Virus record (IMG/VR): IMGVR_UViG_3300015370_000023
Location: 1 to 46,491 of that record
Strand: one strand, 5' to 3'
DNA from: a virus
Lineage: Duplodnaviria; Caudoviricetes
DNA length: 46,491 nucleotides
The notes beneath the pieces were generated by a model, which worked only from the letters and a program-made list of their open reading frames with translations, searched no databases and had not been told where the DNA came from. Every line of letters begins with the position of its first letter. Within the stretch, counting starts at the first letter, position 1. Both the position numbers and the translations under genes were made by a program. Shown here in pieces: positions 36,641-45,455 of the stretch.

Positions 36641-36949
36641 ATGGCTGAAGAAAAATTTAAAGATTTAGGTGAATTTTTAATTTGGTTAACTGGCGGTGGT
36701 GGAGCTTTATTGGTTTCATTTTTAGCTGAAAGATGGGATTGGTTTCAAGCACAAACATCTAAAGTAAAACAATTTTTAATGATTGTCATTCCTTCTTTGT
36801 TAGGCATTGGGGCTTTGGCAATTACTACTTTTGTTCCTCAAGAAATTATAGCACAAGCCTCTCCATATTTTATGGTTGTTGTAACTGTAATTACTTATAT
36901 TTTAGGGACTAAAGCATTTCATATTGTTGATAAAAACAATAGCGCATAA
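36641..36949 (+). CDS. Holin-like membrane protein
   Basis: 102 aa with three hydrophobic segments; AGGAG RBS. Confidence 0.55.
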   Translation: MAEEKFKDLGEFLIWLTGGGGALLVSFLAERWDWFQAQTSKVKQFLMIVIPSLLGIGALAITTFVPQEIIAQASPYFMVVVTVITYILGTKAFHIVDKNNSA

Positions 36950-36968
36950 TAATTGGAAATATTGGATG

Positions 36969-37008
36969 TAGAACACGTTTCGGGTCTCCGAGCGTGTTCT
37001 ATTTTTTT
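36969..37008 (+). terminator. Rho-independent terminator
   Basis: TAGAACACGTTTCGG-GTCT-CCGAGCGTGTTCTA then TTTTTTT. Confidence 0.8.
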
Positions 37009-37032
37009 AGAAATAATGAAAAAGGATAAAAA

Positions 37033-37464
37033 ATGAATAAAATAAATATTGTTATAAATAATAATGTTTTGGAAAAATATTTAAAATATTATTTTTTAAA
37101 ATATCCAAAAAGAAAGAAGAAACCAATCGAAAATCCAATTCCTCCAAGTTTAAATGCATGGATGGTTATGCGTAGATTCCAAATGAATCACCAGAAACAA
37201 TGTTGGAAAGAATTTGGAGAATGGCTAGTAAAATATTATAATTTAGAAAATAAAAATATTGATAAATGCAAGATAGAAATAGAATATTTTTTTAATAGTA
37301 AAAGAAGACACGATTCTGATAACTATACTCCTAAAAATTTATTCGATTCTTTTACCAGTTCTGGTCTTTTGATAGACGATGATTTTAATCATGTGGAATC
37401 TTTAACTATAAAAGGTAATTATTCCAAAGAAGATCCTAGAACAGAAATTAGGATTTTTTATTAA
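37033..37464 (+). CDS. rusA: RusA-like Holliday junction resolvase
   Basis: PPSLN, RRHDSDNYTPKNLFD, LIDDD and PRTEIRI motifs. Confidence 0.82.
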   Translation: MNKINIVINNNVLEKYLKYYFLKYPKRKKKPIENPIPPSLNAWMVMRRFQMNHQKQCWKEFGEWLVKYYNLENKNIDKCKIEIEYFFNSKRRHDSDNYTPKNLFDSFTSSGLLIDDDFNHVESLTIKGNYSKEDPRTEIRIFY

Positions 37465-37466
37465 TT

Positions 37467-38243
37467 ATGGAAAAAATATGTGGAATTTATTGTATTGAAA
37501 ATATTATTAATAATAAAAAATATGTTGGGTGGGCAATTAATATTTATAAAAGATGGAGTAAACATAAAAGTGAGTTGCGAGGAAATTATCATAAAAATAA
37601 ATACTTACAAAACGCATGGAATAAATATGGCGAAGAATATTTTAATTTTTGGATTATTCAAGAATGTGAGATTGATTTATTACAATTAATGGAAATTTAT
37701 TGGATAGTTTATTATGAATCTTTTTTTAAGGATAAGGGGGGTTATAACTTAACTAGAGGAGGAGATGGACGAACTGGTATGAGTGGAGAATTAGCTCCGA
37801 TGTATGGAAAACATCATACGGAAGAAACTAAAAAGAAAATGTCCAAGTCGTCAAAAGGACAAATAATGTCAATCGAAGCTAGAAAGAAAATGTCTATCTA
37901 TCGATCTCAAAGAAAATTAAGTAAAGAAACTAGAAATAAAATATCTCAATCTAACATGGGTAGGATAGTTGAAGATAAAACAAAAAAGAAAATTGGATAT
38001 AAAAATCTAGGCACAAAAAAAAATGTAAAGAATAGGAGTAGTGATTATTTTGGAGTGAGTTGGTATAAAAAGCGTAATAACTGGGTTGTTCACTTAACTA
38101 TTCAAGGGATTAATAAGACACTTGGATATTTTAAAGATGAAATAGATGCTGCCAAATATTATGATGTCATTAGTTGGGATACTTATAAAGATTTAACAAA
38201 ATTAAATTTTCCAGAAGATTATAAGAGGATAAAAAATGGTTAG
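37467..38243 (+). CDS. Free-standing GIY-YIG homing endonuclease with NUMOD3 repeats and an AP2 domain
   Basis: CGIYCIEN...YVG...RW, GYNLTRGG; GKHHTEETKKKMS repeats; SDYFGVSW...LGYFKDEIDAAKYYD. Confidence 0.92.
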   Translation: MEKICGIYCIENIINNKKYVGWAINIYKRWSKHKSELRGNYHKNKYLQNAWNKYGEEYFNFWIIQECEIDLLQLMEIYWIVYYESFFKDKGGYNLTRGGDGRTGMSGELAPMYGKHHTEETKKKMSKSSKGQIMSIEARKKMSIYRSQRKLSKETRNKISQSNMGRIVEDKTKKKIGYKNLGTKKNVKNRSSDYFGVSWYKKRNNWVVHLTIQGINKTLGYFKDEIDAAKYYDVISWDTYKDLTKLNFPEDYKRIKNG

Positions 38244-39231
38244 AATATATAATAAAATTTATTCAGAAAATGAATATAATGAAGTTAATTCATTTAATAA
38301 AAGTACCGTCTTAGATTTTTTAGAAGAATACCAACAACGGAAAATGAAAGCAAGCACCATAAAACAATATGAAAATGATCTCAGAATAATAAATATTTTT
38401 GTAAAAAGATTTTGCGGAAATAGAAATTTATTAGAATTAGGAAAAAGAGATTTTAGAAAACTTAGTATTTGGTTAAGTGATGATTTAAAAATGTCAAACG
38501 CTAGAGTAAATCGAGTAATGAGTTGTTGTAGAAGTATGCTTTCTTATATTGAAGATTCTGATGAATATGAATATGATATTAACCAGGCTCAGAAAATAAA
38601 GGGATTACCAAAAGAGCCTGTTAGAACAGATGAAGATTCTTTTTTTATGACTTTTGATCAAATCATAAGGGTAAAAGAAAAATTACTGGAAATGGGAGAA
38701 ATTCAACTTGCCTTACTTCATATGATGATGTTTGATAGTGGAGCAAGAAGAAATGAAATTGCTCAAATAAAAAAACACAATCTTTTGAACGGTAATAAAA
38801 CCAATATAGTTGTAGGAAAAAGAGGAAAAATATTTCCATTAGTTTATCTAGACGATACCAAAGAATTGATAAGACTTTGGTTAGATAAACGTGGAGAAGA
38901 TAATGTTGAATCTTTATGGATTGTCGGCAATGGTGATAAAAAAAGAGAAGCCTCTTATGAAATGATTTATGATTGGGTTTTAAAAATAAGAGAAATTTTG
39001 AGTGAAATTGAAGAAAAACAAATGAATATTTTTCCCCATAGTTATCGACATTCCAGATGTGAATGTTTATTACAAGGAGAAGATAAAAGAATTTTAGATA
39101 AAGATGGAATTCCTAAAAAATTTAGTTTGGAACAAGTTCAAGTTTATCTTCATCATTCTGATCCAAAAACTACTTTAGATTATTCAAAAGATCATACAGA
39201 CGAAATTATAGATGAAATGTTTGGTTTATGA
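38236..39231 (+). CDS. Tyrosine recombinase (XerC/D-like; YomM-like position)
   Basis: DSGARRNE, VGKRGK, PHSYRHS, LHHSDPKTTLDY catalytic residues; SAM-like N-terminus. Confidence 0.92.
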   Translation: MVRIYNKIYSENEYNEVNSFNKSTVLDFLEEYQQRKMKASTIKQYENDLRIINIFVKRFCGNRNLLELGKRDFRKLSIWLSDDLKMSNARVNRVMSCCRSMLSYIEDSDEYEYDINQAQKIKGLPKEPVRTDEDSFFMTFDQIIRVKEKLLEMGEIQLALLHMMMFDSGARRNEIAQIKKHNLLNGNKTNIVVGKRGKIFPLVYLDDTKELIRLWLDKRGEDNVESLWIVGNGDKKREASYEMIYDWVLKIREILSEIEEKQMNIFPHSYRHSRCECLLQGEDKRILDKDGIPKKFSLEQVQVYLHHSDPKTTLDYSKDHTDEIIDEMFGL

Positions 39232-39269
39232 AATTACCTCTTTTCTAGAGGTTGAAAGGAGGGTTATTA

Positions 39270-40094
39270 ATGGCTGATGGTGGTTATAATATTATAGTTG
39301 GAATTGAGCCTGATGTTACGGGTCTTCAACAAAAACTAGATAGAAAAACTAAGAATATTAAAATAACAACAAGCGTTAACATGGGGCAAAAAGATATTGA
39401 CTCCTATGTTAAACAGTGGAATAATCAGATTTCGAGAATGCAGTTTAAGTCTCCAGATATTTTTAATAATGCGGAAGTTCAAGCAAATTTAAAAGTTCTT
39501 CAAGATAATATTACCAGTTTTTCTCAAAGAGGTGGCGCTTCTGTTCAAGATGTAAGAGGAAGTTTTGATGATTTAAGAACTTCTGTTACTAAAGTCGGCG
39601 CTTCTATGAAGAATACGACTAAAGATGGTTATGGATTTACATCTATGCTTGAAGTTGCTATTAAAAAAGTTGCAATATGGTTTCTTGCAACACAAGCTAT
39701 TTATGGAAGCCTTAGAAAAATAGAAGAGGGAACACAATATATTAAAGATTTGAACAAGGAATTAACAAATGTTCAAATTGTTACAGGTATGACGGCTGAA
39801 GAAGTTGATAGATTGGCTGTTCAATATAATAAACTTGCAAAAGAAATGGGTGCAACGACTCTTCAGGTGGCAGAGGGATCTCTAGAATGGTTCAGGCAAG
39901 GAAAGACAATTGAAGAAACTTCTGAGTTGATGAGGTCAACTTTGATGCTAAGCAAGCTTGGTAATTTAGAGGCTGCTCAAGCTACTGAATATTTAACAGC
40001 AACATTAAATGGTTTTAAATTAGAGGCTCAAGATGCAAGTTTGGTTGTCGATAAATTAATCGATTTGGACAACCAATATGCTACGTCTGCTGGT
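39270..40094 (+). CDS. Tape measure protein, exon 1
   Basis: ATG at 39270 after AGGAGG; TP901-type core LNKELTNVQIVTG...EWFRQGK...LTATLNGFK...DKLIDLDNQYATSAG. Spliced product 1284 aa. Confidence 0.9.
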
Positions 40095-41571
40095 AGAGAA
40101 AATTGCCAGAACATATAGTAATATATGGATAATTATACCATAAAATATATGGTATAATTATTAGAAGATAACTATATCGGTTAAAGACTTATCGCAAAGT
40201 TAAGACCGAGGAAAGACTTATTTATAATGGGAAAAAGAAAATTTTGGACAAAAGAGGAAATAAAAAATTTCATAGAACTATATCCTGAAACTCCAATGAT
40301 TGAATTGATAAAAATTTTTAAAAGAAATAAGCAATCTTTAATTCAAAAAGCACATAAATTAAAAATACAAAAAATTATTAAAAATGGAAGTGTTGCTTTC
40401 ACCAAAGAAGAAATTGAAAAAATAATATTTGATTCTAAAACCATATCTGTTGTTAATCTATCTAAAAAATATAACAGAGATGAAAGCACAATATCGAGTG
40501 TATTAAAAAGAAATAAAATTTCTCCTGTAAAAAATGATTTTTGGTGGACAGAAGATGAAGAATTGTTTTTAATTAATAATTATAACAATTTTTCTACAAA
40601 AGAATTGGAAAATAAATTAAATAGGAATAGGAAAACAATTACTAAAAAGGCAAGATTGATTGGTTTAAAAAGAATGAACAATTCTGGTGAATTTCGTAAA
40701 AATCCATCTATAATAAATGAAAAAGAATCGCTATATATTTTAGAAAATCATGATAAACTAACAACAGTTGAAATAGCAAGAAATTTAGGAAGAAAATCCG
40801 TTGACATTATTCTTTTTTGTAAAAGAAATAACTTAAGTTTTATTAGAGGAAGAAAAGACTTAAATAATTTTTCTGATAAAAAATTATTAAATGAACTTAT
40901 AGAAATGTCAAAAGAGCTAGGGAGATGTCCTAATATTAGTGAAATTTCTAATAATATAAATCTTCCTGCTGTTGACATATATTTTGACAGATTTGGAAGT
41001 TTTACAAATGCTTGTGAAAAAGCAGGATTAATTCCTAACATCGGAAGATATGGAACACAATGTTATTCTAAAAATCATGATTTTTGTTACTCTATTCAGG
41101 AACAAATTATAACAGATTATTTTATAGATAATAATATTCAGTATATAAAAGAATATCCTTATTCAAAAATAATAAAAAATCAACCCGTTAGATATATTAT
41201 GGATTGGTTGATTAATGAAAATATTGTTGTTGAATATTTTGGAATGATAAACGATAAAGAATATAATAAAAAAACAAAAGAGAAAATAAAAATATGTAAA
41301 AATAATAATATTAAAATAATTTCAATTTTCCCAAAAGATTTAAAAATTTTGTCCAAAAAGTTTTTAACAATAAATAAGAATCCGTAACGACTACAGGGTG
41401 TTTATAGTAATATAAATACTGAAGTTATCCTCCTTGAAAAAGGATGAATATATAGTCTGAACTGCAAAAATAATGCGAAAAAATAAAATTGCAGAAATAA
41501 GAAGAAATTCTTGTTCGCTATTTATTTATTAAATAGTCATAAAGGTATGTGGATACCTTAGTAACAGATTG
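40095..41571 (+). ncRNA. Group I self-splicing intron in the tape measure gene
   Basis: P1 CUGGU^/GCCAG with U.G; P3 GAUAACU/AGUUAUC; P4 UCGGU/ACCGA; P6 GGA/UCC; P7 GUAACGACUAC (41384)/AUAUAGUCUG (41450); terminal G41571; splicing gives YATSAG^EIATAL in frame. Confidence 0.92.
40227..41387 (+). CDS. Intron-encoded putative homing endonuclease (Myb/HTH-like repeats, homing-endonuclease-associated repeat, PD-(D/E)xK/Vsr-like domain)
   Basis: WTKEE, FTKEE, WTEDEE repeats; ELGRCP...YFDRFGSFTNACEKAGL; SIQEQII...EYPY...MDWLI...VVEYFG. Confidence 0.75.
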   Translation: MGKRKFWTKEEIKNFIELYPETPMIELIKIFKRNKQSLIQKAHKLKIQKIIKNGSVAFTKEEIEKIIFDSKTISVVNLSKKYNRDESTISSVLKRNKISPVKNDFWWTEDEELFLINNYNNFSTKELENKLNRNRKTITKKARLIGLKRMNNSGEFRKNPSIINEKESLYILENHDKLTTVEIARNLGRKSVDIILFCKRNNLSFIRGRKDLNNFSDKKLLNELIEMSKELGRCPNISEISNNINLPAVDIYFDRFGSFTNACEKAGLIPNIGRYGTQCYSKNHDFCYSIQEQIITDYFIDNNIQYIKEYPYSKIIKNQPVRYIMDWLINENIVVEYFGMINDKEYNKKTKEKIKICKNNNIKIISIFPKDLKILSKKFLTINKNP

Positions 41572-44500
41572 GAAATAGCCACAGCCCTACAATATTCGTC
41601 AAACTCCGCTCAACAAGCAGGAATTAGTTTTGATGAATTAGCAAGTTATGTAACAGTTTTAAGTTCTGTAACCAGAAGAAGTGCTGAAAGCATAGGACAG
41701 AGCTTAAAAACGATGTTCGCCAGAATGGAGAACATAAAATTAGGAAAAATGTTCGAAGATGATGCAACAACTCTTAACGATGTAGAAAGAGCTTTGACAT
41801 TAGTAAACATAAAATTAAGAGACACAGAAACCTCATTTAGACCTATGGGGGATGTAATGGACGAGATTGCTGAAAAATGGTCTACGATGAACGAAATAGA
41901 ACAAAGTGCAGTTGCAAATGCTATTGCTGGTGTTCGGCAGCGTGAGAATTTTTTGGTGTTAATGTCAAATTACAACGAAGTTCTAAATGCTCAAGCCATT
42001 CAACTTCATTCTCTTGGATTAGCAACAGAACGATATGAAATTTACATGGATTCCATAGAGGGAAAAGCAAATACCTTAAAGGCATCAATGGAAAATTTGT
42101 GGCAAAAAGCCATTGATGATGATGTTATTAAATTCTTTTTAGACTTAGGAATTTCTTCTGCTGAAGCAATTGACAAAATGGGTGGATTAATTCCTATTTT
42201 GGAATCTATTATTGGTTTAGTTGCAGTTTTAAGCGCTCAAACAATGGCAAATTTTATTGTTAAAATTTTGGGTGCAGCTACAGCAGTACAAGGATTTTCT
42301 TTTTCATTAATTAGTTTACAGCTTTTATTAAAAACATCTATTTCTTGGGTTTCAATTTTTCAGGTTGCTATTGTTGCTTTAACTGCCGTAATTATAACAT
42401 ATCAACAAACAGTTAAGAAACAGCAAGATTTAGGATTAGAAAGTACAACTAATGCCTGGTCTAATGCTTTTAAAAACTTGGGAGAAGAAATTAAGACCAC
42501 CGAACAAATAATGGGTGAATATAAAAAAATGGTGGATTCTGTCAATGAGGCTCATAATAAGGCAGGATTGATAGCTGATCTTTTTGTAGATAAACAAAAG
42601 ATACTTGATCAAGGATTGAAAGAAGTAATTGTAACCTTAAAAGATACCACTTCTAATTATAATGATTATATTGAGGCGGTAGAAAAGGCAGCCGAATTAG
42701 CTGGATATACTGTAACAGAAAACGGAAAATTGGTAAGGACTGTAAGTTCAGCAGGAAAAGTTGTTGTAAAAACAGCGGATGATTTTGGTGTTCTTACTGA
42801 TGCTGAACTCGCTTTATTTAATGCTACGAAAGCAGAATTAGATACTTGGGTAACAGCCTGGAAACGTGCTCATGGTCAAATATTTGATAGTACAGAAGAA
42901 TTATCTCAAGCATTTGATGATCTGCAATACATACTTGATGATTCATTTGGGAAAGCATTTGATTCTTACCACGAAAAACAAGAAAAAGCAGCAATTCAAG
43001 CGGCAGAACTAAGAGAAGAAATACGATTGCTTTCAGAACAACCAACATCGACAGATGAACAATTAACTCAATTAGGTGATCTTCAATATGAATTGTATAA
43101 TGTTGAACAGGATATTTTAAAAACTGCCGATGCTTATGAAAAATCTCTTCAAGCGTCTATTATTAGCACATTTATTCAAAGAGTTTCTTTATCTGAACTT
43201 AGTTTAGATGCTAAAAATGCTGCTTATAATATGGCTGCTGATATGATGCAAGCTTGGGGATTGATGGGCGCTGAAACCGTAAGAGTTATGGGAGCAATGG
43301 ATCAAGCATTAGTTGATTTAGCAAATGGCGCATATGATTCTGCTCAATTAGCTTTAGAGGCAATTTACAATCTTGGAACTGCCGCATCTGCCATTAGTGG
43401 TAATTATTATATGACCTTTTGGGTCAATACTGTCACTGGAAATGTTGTATCTCCTGGAACTTTGGATGAAAATGATCCACTATGGGGACTACAGAATAAT
43501 CAAGCAACAACTTTAGCTTTTAATCCACCTCCTACAAATGTTCCAACTCGATCTTCTTTTCCTGGATTTTCAGGTAGTGGTAGTAGTGGTGGTAGTGGTG
43601 GTGGAGGATCTTCTGCTGCTCCAAAAGAAGAAATAAAAACACTCAAAGATCTTCATAACCTTGTAATCAGTTTAATTAAAGCAGAGAAAAACGCAATAAA
43701 AGATTCCTTAAAAGAACAGTTAGACGCTTATGAAGAAATTATTGATGCCAAAAAAGAAATCCTAAAAGCAGAGCAAGAGTCTATAGAATACCAAGAGGAA
43801 CTTGAAGATAAAACCAAGGGTATTGCTAAAATTCAATCTGAAATGGCAATTTTGGCACTTGATACCTCTGCGGAGTCGAAAGCAAGACAGTTAGAACTTG
43901 CTGAAGAATTATCAGATGCTCAAAAAGACTTAGAACAGACTCAAAGAGATCGATCTTATGATCTGCAAGAAGAGGCATTAGATAAAGAATATGATCTATA
44001 TAAAGAAAATATTGATTTACAAATTGCAGCTATTGATGAATATTTAGATAAAACTGGTCAGATTGCTCAAGATGCATTAAACATAATAGGTGAACAAGCT
44101 CCTAATTTATATCAATCATTGATAGATTGGAATGAAGAATATGGATCTGGAATTAAAACCGATGTAATAGAAGCATGGAACGAAGCCTATGATGCATTAT
44201 TAAAGTATGGAAATTTAGCAGATGCATTATATGGTGGAGTTTCTCCAACTGCATCTACTGAAACACTTCCTACTCATCATAGTGGCTTATCTTCTGGCGC
44301 AGTGGGTGGTGTTAGAACATTACCTGGTGAGGTTCTTTCTAAATTACTTGTTGGTGAAGAAGTAATGAACAATAACGACATACTAAAAACTTTAAAAATG
44401 ATTCCTAGCGTGGCTAACATTATCAACAGGTCTCAAGGTTCTGGAGGTTTGAATATTGAAAGCTTAATTACTGTTCAAGGTGATGTAATTGAAAGAACAA

Positions 44501-44601
44501 TTCCAAAAATAAAGGATATTGCTAGGGATGTTATAAAAGAAATTAATTCTACTCTTGTTCGACAAGGAAGTGTGAGAGATGTCGCATCAATTTATGGTTA
44601 A
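41572..44601 (+). CDS. Tape measure protein, exon 2
   Basis: EIATAL...TRRSAESIGQSLKTMFARM...IAGVRQRENF continues the TP901 core; hydrophobic segments; long coiled coil; C-terminal HHSG motif. Confidence 0.9.
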   Translation, partial: EIATALQYSSNSAQQAGISFDELASYVTVLSSVTRRSAESIGQSLKTMFARMENIKLGKMFEDDATTLNDVERALTLVNIKLRDTETSFRPMGDVMDEIAEKWSTMNEIEQSAVANAIAGVRQRENFLVLMSNYNEVLNAQAIQLHSLGLATERYEIYMDSIEGKANTLKASMENLWQKAIDDDVIKFFLDLGISSAEAIDKMGGLIPILESIIGLVAVLSAQTMANFIVKILGAATAVQGFSFSLISLQLLLKTSISWVSIFQVAIVALTAVIITYQQTVKKQQDLGLESTTNAWSNAFKNLGEEIKTTEQIMGEYKKMVDSVNEAHNKAGLIADLFVDKQKILDQGLKEVIVTLKDTTSNYNDYIEAVEKAAELAGYTVTENGKLVRTVSSAGKVVVKTADDFGVLTDAELALFNATKAELDTWVTAWKRAHGQIFDSTEELSQAFDDLQYILDDSFGKAFDSYHEKQEKAAIQAAELREEIRLLSEQPTSTDEQLTQLGDLQYELYNVEQDILKTADAYEKSLQASIISTFIQRVSLSELSLDAKNAAYNMAADMMQAWGLMGAETVRVMGAMDQALVDLANGAYDSAQLALEAIYNLGTAASAISGNYYMTFWVNTVTGNVVSPGTLDENDPLWGLQNNQATTLAFNPPPTNVPTRSSFPGFSGSGSSGGSGGGGSSAAPKEEIKTLKDLHNLVISLIKAEKNAIKDSLKEQLDAYEEIIDAKKEILKAEQESIEYQEELEDKTKGIAKIQSEMAILALDTSAESKARQLELAEELSDAQKDLEQTQRDRSYDLQEEALDKEYDLYKENIDLQIAAIDEYLDKTGQIAQDALNIIGEQAPNLYQSLIDWNEEYGSGIKTDVIEAWNEAYDALLKYGNLADALYGGVSPTASTETLPTHHSGLSSGAVGGVRTLPGEVLSKLLVGEEVMNNNDILKTLKMIPSVANIINRSQGSGGLNIESLITVQGDVIERTIPKIKDIARDVIKEINSTLVRQGSVRDVASIYG

Positions 44602-44613
44602 TAGTTTAAAAAA

Positions 44614-44636
44614 TAGGGGAGAGAAACTCTCCCCTA
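44614..44636 (+). terminator. Hairpin after the tape measure gene (no U-tract)
   Basis: TAGGGGAGAG-AAA-CTCTCCCCTA. Confidence 0.55.
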
Positions 44637-44662
44637 ATAATTAAGAAAGGAGGAAAACGAGT

Positions 44663-45454
44663 ATGGGTTTTTATGCAAAAAATTTTGTATATGGTGGAGA
44701 AGTAAGCGAATCTTATAATCTTCAGATTGGATCTAGTGATGTTGGAACAATAAGTTCAAACGGAAGTGGAACTATAGAAGTAATTCAAGATTTTATTTTT
44801 AGAAAACCTGTTCCATATTTTTATGGTGTAAAATATAGTTCCAATTTATCTTTTCCTGTAACTTTTTTTTCTCCAGATGAAATAACTGCTTTAGATGCAA
44901 GTTATATTCAAAAATGGTTGTTTGGTGGATTGAATTATAAAGATCTGGCAATAGCTCAACCAGATATGGAAGGAATTTATTTTAAGTCAATTTTTACCAA
45001 TCCTCAAATTATAAGATCTGGAAATTTGATAAGAGGATTTTCTGGTACTTGTATTTGTGATTCTCAATGGGTTAGAACATATCCTAGAACAACAACATAT
45101 AATTATGCGAGTGCTCCTTCAGGAAGTTCTATTGTTTTCTATAATAATTCACATTATGAAGGATATAATAGACCAAATATTTCTTTTACGATGAATGCTT
45201 CAGGTGGTGATATTTCTATTGTTAATTCGAGTGATTCAAATAGAGAATTTGAATTTACAGGTTTATCTCCATATGAAGTAATAACTGTAAATTCTGATTT
45301 AGGAATTATCGAATCTAATTTAGGATATAGAAGATTGGCAAATTTTAATAAAAATTTTATGAGGTTTAAAGATGGGTTGAACAATCTTGAACTTACGGGC
45401 GACATATCTCAATTGAATATTACGTATCAATTTATCAGACGTTTAGGAGGATAA
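44663..45454 (+). CDS. Distal tail (Dit-like, YomH-like) protein
   Basis: Follows the tape measure gene; FVYGGEVSESYNL, IQKWLFG, FMRFKDGLNNL motifs. Confidence 0.8.
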   Translation: MGFYAKNFVYGGEVSESYNLQIGSSDVGTISSNGSGTIEVIQDFIFRKPVPYFYGVKYSSNLSFPVTFFSPDEITALDASYIQKWLFGGLNYKDLAIAQPDMEGIYFKSIFTNPQIIRSGNLIRGFSGTCICDSQWVRTYPRTTTYNYASAPSGSSIVFYNNSHYEGYNRPNISFTMNASGGDISIVNSSDSNREFEFTGLSPYEVITVNSDLGIIESNLGYRRLANFNKNFMRFKDGLNNLELTGDISQLNITYQFIRRLGG

Positions 45455-45455
45455 C

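Noticed and set aside
37467-38243. Third group I intron around the GIY-YIG-AP2 gene
   Set aside because: No non-coding space or P7-like sequences; both neighbouring genes are complete.
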